Of a DNA stretch of 64,000 nucleotides, positions 59,410 to 64,000 are shown one piece after another. Below the pieces are notes generated by a model, which saw nothing but the letters and a program-made list of their open reading frames with translations, made no database searches and had not been told where the DNA came from. The position numbers and the translations under genes were made by a program. The DNA is from Leucoraja ocellata (lineage: Eukaryota), in contig JAWMAR010000502.1 of NCBI GenBank assembly GCA_036785375.1, forward strand, positions 1,116,001 through 1,180,000, given 5' to 3'. The stretch's first letter is position 1. Each line of letters starts with the position of its first letter.

Positions 59410-59630
59410 AATCTCACTCAATTTTAGATTATCTACAAACGCGTCTCTGTATGAAAGAGATTTATTTGTAGATAATCTAAAATCTGAAGAAGGGTCTCGA
59501 CCCAAAACATCACCCATTCCTTCTCTCCAGAGATGCTGCCTGTCCTGTTGATTTACTCCAGCTTTTTGTATCTTTCTTCAGTTTAAACCAGCATCTGCAG
59601 TTCCTCCCTACAATAAAATTGAGTGAGGTT
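59410..59630. repeat. 30-bp-arm hairpin interrupted by a PLE mini-insertion
   Basis: Left arm 59410-59439; right arm 59465-59483 plus 59620-59630; 29 of 30 positions complementary after removing the insert. Confidence 0.85.
59484..59613 (+). mobile_element. 130-bp hammerhead-headed PLE terminal fragment, TSD TAAAAT
   Basis: Begins exactly CTGAAGAAGGGTCTCGACCCAAAACATCACCC; TSD at 59478-59483 and 59614-59619. Confidence 0.85.
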
Positions 59631-60474
59631 ACTTCATAAAATGTAAATATTTGCAAGGGGTAAGCAAGGGGTCAATGTCTTTAAACTGGAACATTTAAAG
59701 AGCTTTGTGCTCCTTAACTCATAGAGCGGTTAGTGACTAGCTCACTTTATTGTCACCATGTCAAAAACCTAACTGCAGCAATGCCGTTTTCACAATATAA
59801 TGGAATTACACTAATAAAATCACCCTTTAATGAGAGGCAGCAATGCCACACAAGGTAGGCATACACATTCAGGGCCAAATTACCTAAGTTGGCTACATCC
59901 TGTCAATGGCTCGCAACTGAGATAGTCCTGCACAATGATTTTTTTTTTTTTTTAAAGGTGTTAGAAAGATTGGCCATGCCAAATCTGTTGCAAGGACAGC
60001 ATCAACCAGCACAGGTAATCAACTGGGTTGAATTTACTGATGGAGAGAATTCAGCTCATGTCAAGCTATTACAGCACATCACTGTGACGGACACAGTACA
60101 AGAAACAGAAATCATCATCTAACCCACGTTAACTGTAAGAGGGAACATTGACATCAACTTGCCATGGCATATTTCACAAACTCTAAATGTGGAAACTGAT
60201 GGACGATCTCCAGAGCAGACACGGCAAGGGCGGCAAGGGTGACACAGCAGTAGATTGTTGCCTACAATACTTGCAGCGCCAGAGACCTGGGTTCAATCCT
60301 GGCTACAGGTGCTGTCTGTACAGAGTTTGTACGTTCTCCCTGCGACTGCTTTTTCCACACAGAGGGTGGTAGATATATGGAACAAGCTGCCAGAGGATGT
60401 ATGTGAGACATCCCAAAGACATTTGGACAGGTACATGGATATGAAAGGCTTAGCAGGATATGGTCCAAATGCAG

Positions 60475-60688
60475 TCAGGTTGGATTTTAAAGAAGGGAAG
60501 AGATTGAACTTTTTTTTCGCCTTCCATCACAGTGAGGAAATGTGGAGGAGTCACTGTGGTGGATGTTTATGTTAAAATGTATTTTGTGTGTTCTGTTGCT
60601 TTTTATTTGTATGACTGACTTGGCAAATGAAATTCTTCATATGTTGCAAAACAAACTTGGCTAATAAAGTAGTATTGCATTGTATTGT
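60475..60688 (+). mobile_element. GC-rich retroposon family, 5'-truncated copy E inside a SINE/CR1 remnant
   Basis: TSD AAATGCAG at 60467-60474 and 60689-60696; hairpin at 60523-60563; tail CTTGGCTAATAAA + (TATTG)n. Confidence 0.8.
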
Positions 60689-61894
60689 AAATGCAGCAAC
60701 TTGGTCAGCATGGGCAAGTTGGGCCAAAGGGCCTTTTTTCCATGCTGTTTGACGCGACAACCCAAGAGTTGTTGGAGATTACATAAATAAGGAAGCGAGA
60801 AATGCCATGCATATTAATGAGGAATGAGAATAACGTAGATACCAACGTGAGAAAGAATGAAGGATTGAGAGGCACTATACTGTACATTTATACTATACTG
60901 TATTTATACACTGAGCCTTCTTTTAATGAGGATGAATTTAAATCTGCAGTCTTTCTCATTGACGGCACTGAGGTTTGACTGGGCACATCTTATCATTATG
61001 GCTCTGTGGCAAAAACTAGGCCGAATTCAAATGTGTTGAGACTTAATTTCTCCACCCTACTCCTAACTCTGTTTGTTATTCTCAGGTCCGAGAGTAAAGT
61101 CAATGATAGCTCAAGGAATAACACCTCATCTTCCAACTAGGTACATTACTGATTCTAGACATAGCAATGGGGTGACTTATCACTGAATGGCATCTGCTCA
61201 AGTGCACTCTTCCCTGCTGTGGGTCCCTAGGCACATTCTTCTGCTGTGAGCTATGTTTTCAGCTGACTGGAGAGGCACGATGCAGAACAAGTTCAATTGA
61301 CAGGTACTGCCCTCTGGCTTGCCTTGGCAGCTGTGAAGAGCCTGCCTCAATCCTGCCAGTTTTCAATGTCATCAGTTAAAGAAAAAGAACATTTTTGTAA
61401 TTCACAAACATTTAAAATTATCAATGTCCTGTTAAAAATGTAAATACTGCAATAAAAAAAAAAAAAACAATTAAATAACACCAGAGCACATGTAAAAATA
61501 ATATAAATTAACTGAATTAAACCAAATAAAAAAAATAATGAACTTGTGCTTGTCATTTACCCAGTTATTTATTTCCATTAACACTGGTAGAAGATTCCCT
61601 ATCCTAAATGGTGGGAAATCAGAGCAGTCCATCATCGGCAGAAGGTTGAAGGAATGAGTTTAACAATTTCAATTCTTGGGATTTCCAGCATATGTATAGT
61701 ATTTCAGTATTATAGTTTTATCATGAATGATTCTACGTAATTATTTATCTTCCATTCACATCATCACCAGACTGCCTTTTGTTTCTTAACTTGTTCCCAT
61801 TGCTATCCTAATTCACTGTCTCATCATTTTTGTTTCACTTCATCTCTTATGCTTTCCATCCTATACAAAAAACCTCCCTTTTGTTCTCTTCATA

Positions 61895-63275
61895 TTCCGG
61901 TAGAGATTTACCTCATGGTGTCGAAAATCCCCTCATCATTATTTCCCGAGTTTTTTTACTAAAATTGTTCACCAATCTGAGATCTTTTTAAAATCTAACT
62001 GCTGAAGCGAGCTGATAACGTCACAATGCCTTTGCTCTTCACGGCAAGCTGCGCAGAATTTTCAAGACACAGGGGCATTGTTTTCCCCGAGCTGCGAGTA
62101 ACGTGGCCCAGCCGCCCTTCCCATCCGGGCTCTGGATTGAAGCCGATGATGAGAAGGTCCTGTCCCATGAGCATGCGACTGCATGCGGCAAGCGCAACCA
62201 AACTGGAAGCGGGGGCCGCACGGAGGTCGAGCGAGTGACGTGAAGTTCGAGCGAAGTCCGCGGGAAGTTCACGCGTGACGTACGGCATCAAGACGCTGAG
62301 TGCGGCGTCAAGACGCTGCGTATGCCCGTCGAGGCGGTGCGTACGGCCTCAATGTGGGTGCAGGCCGGCAGGCCGTTGCCGCGCGGAATATTTGAACACT
62401 GTCAGTTTTCCAGAGCCCCGCGCGATGTCGGGACCAGCTCCGCACAACTCCATACGGTTCCGGCGATCGAAGTGGGACTGACCCCGCGAGGCCGTACGGC
62501 TCAAGCGACCCCCTCACTCCCCCCTCCTCTCTCTCCCCCCCTCCACCCTTCTGACCTCCCTCCACCTCACCCTTCTCCCCTCCCTCCCTCCCCCCGTCCA
62601 CCCCACTTCCTCCTCCTCTCTCGCCCCCCTCCTCCCCCTCTCTCCCCCTCCCCCCTCTGCCATCCTCCTCCCTCCCCCTCCCCTTTACCCCACTCCCCCC
62701 TTCTCCCCTCCCCCTCCACCTCCCTTCCCCCCTCTCCCCTCATCTCCCCTCTCTCCCTCCCCTTCCTCCCTCTCTCCCCCTCTTCTCTCTTCCGCCTTCT
62801 CTCTCCCCCTTCTCTCTCGCCCATCTCTCCCCCCTCTCCCCTCCACCCCACCCCACCCCGCTCCCCTCCACTTCTATCTCCCTCCCTCTCCTCTCCCCCT
62901 CCTCTCCCCCTCGCCCCCACCTCTCTCCCCCTCTACCCTTCCCCCACTCCCCTCCCTTTTATCCCCACCACCCCTCTCCTCTCCCCTCCCCCTCTCCCTC
63001 CATCTTCCTTCCCCTCACTCCCCTCTCTCACTCTTCCTCCATCTCCCACTCCCCCTCTCCCCCTCTCTCCACCCCTCCCCCTCCCCTCCCCTCCGCAACT
63101 CCCCTCCCCCTCTCCTCTCCCCCCCTCCCCCTCTCCTCTCCCCCCCTCCCCCTCCACCTCCCATCCCCTCCTTTTCCCCACCCTCCTCCCCTCTCCCCCT
63201 CCCCACTCCCCTCCCTGTGTGTGGGGGGTAGTTAGTGTTGAGGGGACGGGACCCAATGGGTCGCCTTTGGTCTAG
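61895..63275 (+). mobile_element. Possible non-autonomous Helitron-like element with a GC-rich body and long C/T tract
   Basis: 3' end has hairpin GGGACCCAATGGGTC followed by CTAG|T at 63272-63276; 5' boundary uncertain. Confidence 0.45.
62510..63215 (+). repeat. About 700-bp polypyrimidine/polypurine low-complexity tract
   Basis: Almost exclusively C/T on the + strand. Confidence 0.95.
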
Positions 63276-63309
63276 TTAAGTATAGAAGTTGGGAGGACAT
63301 TTTGCAGTT

Positions 63310-63865
63310 GGTCCCACAGTCCTGTTTATATCACCGGGTCGATGGTGGAAAGGGTCAAGAACTTCAAATTCCTGGGCGTTCAAATTTCCGAAGATCTCTC
63401 CTGGTCCCAGAACACGGATGCAATAATAAAGAAAGCACATCAGCACTTCTACTTCCTGAGAAGAGTACGGAGAGTCGGTATGTCAAGGAGGACTCCCTCG
63501 AACATCTACAGATGCACAGTAGAGAGCATGCTGACTGGTTGCATCATGGCTTGGTACGGCAACTTGAGTGCCCAGGAGCAGAAAAGGCTGCAAAATTTGT
63601 AACCACTGCCCAGTCCATCATCTGTTCAAACCTCCCTACCATCGAGGGGATCTATCGCAGTTGCTGCCTCAAAAAGGCCGGAAGCATCATCAAGGACCCA
63701 CACCATCCTGGCCACACACTCATCTCTCCGCTGCCATCGGGTAGAAGGTATAGGAGCCTGAACATCCAGATTCAGGAACCGCTTCTTCCCCACAGCCATC
63801 AGACTATTAAACACAACTTCAAACAAACTATGAACTATAACAACTTACTGGACTTCATCTGTTTA

Positions 63866-63918
<53 letters not shown>

Positions 63919-64000
63919 TATGGTATATCGACACACCGATCTGTATTTTTGATTACAGTATCCTGTTGTGCTGCAGCGATGCAAGAATTTCATTGTCCTA
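63310..64000 (+). mobile_element. Rex1/Babar LINE 3' portion with (TA)n at 63869-63915; runs off the window
   Basis: VERVKNFKFLGVQISEDLSW...KKAHQHFYFLRR. Confidence 0.9.

Noticed and set aside
61086-61146. Exon-like segment after TTCTCAG
   Set aside because: Sequence resembles the decayed PLE EEQHLIFxLG region and the donor is weak.
62322-63275. 317-aa Pro/Ser/Leu-rich ORF and the antisense Gly/Glu/Arg-rich ORFs
   Set aside because: Artefact of a stop-free polypyrimidine tract.

Overview
Repeat-dense eukaryotic genomic DNA, most likely from a cartilaginous fish (skate or ray). That assignment is inferred from HE1-like tRNA SINEs, SacSINE1/DeuSINE-like remnants and the mix of CR1, Rex1/Babar and Penelope families. 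I found no intact host protein-coding gene. Every recognisable ORF is a retroelement fragment: Neptune-type Penelope-like elements (PLEs; RT plus GIY-YIG), Rex1/Babar, CR1, L1, RTE and one invertebrate-like CR1-group LINE. There are also non-autonomous hAT, PIF/Harbinger and Helitron-like DNA elements, two local segmental duplications, a CpG-rich promoter-like region at the left edge and a 144-N gap. Three signals stand out. (1) A minimal hammerhead-ribozyme motif occurs about 14 times; it sits in PLE 3' ends and also heads 84-130 bp stand-alone insertions with their own target-site duplications (TSDs). (2) A non-tRNA, GC-rich retroposon family keeps two hairpins (one covarying) while its body and 3' tail vary. 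(3) A roughly 660-bp fold-back lies inside a promoter-bearing hAT element. Coordinates were read by eye; boundaries of old repeats are approximate and family names are by recognition, not database search.
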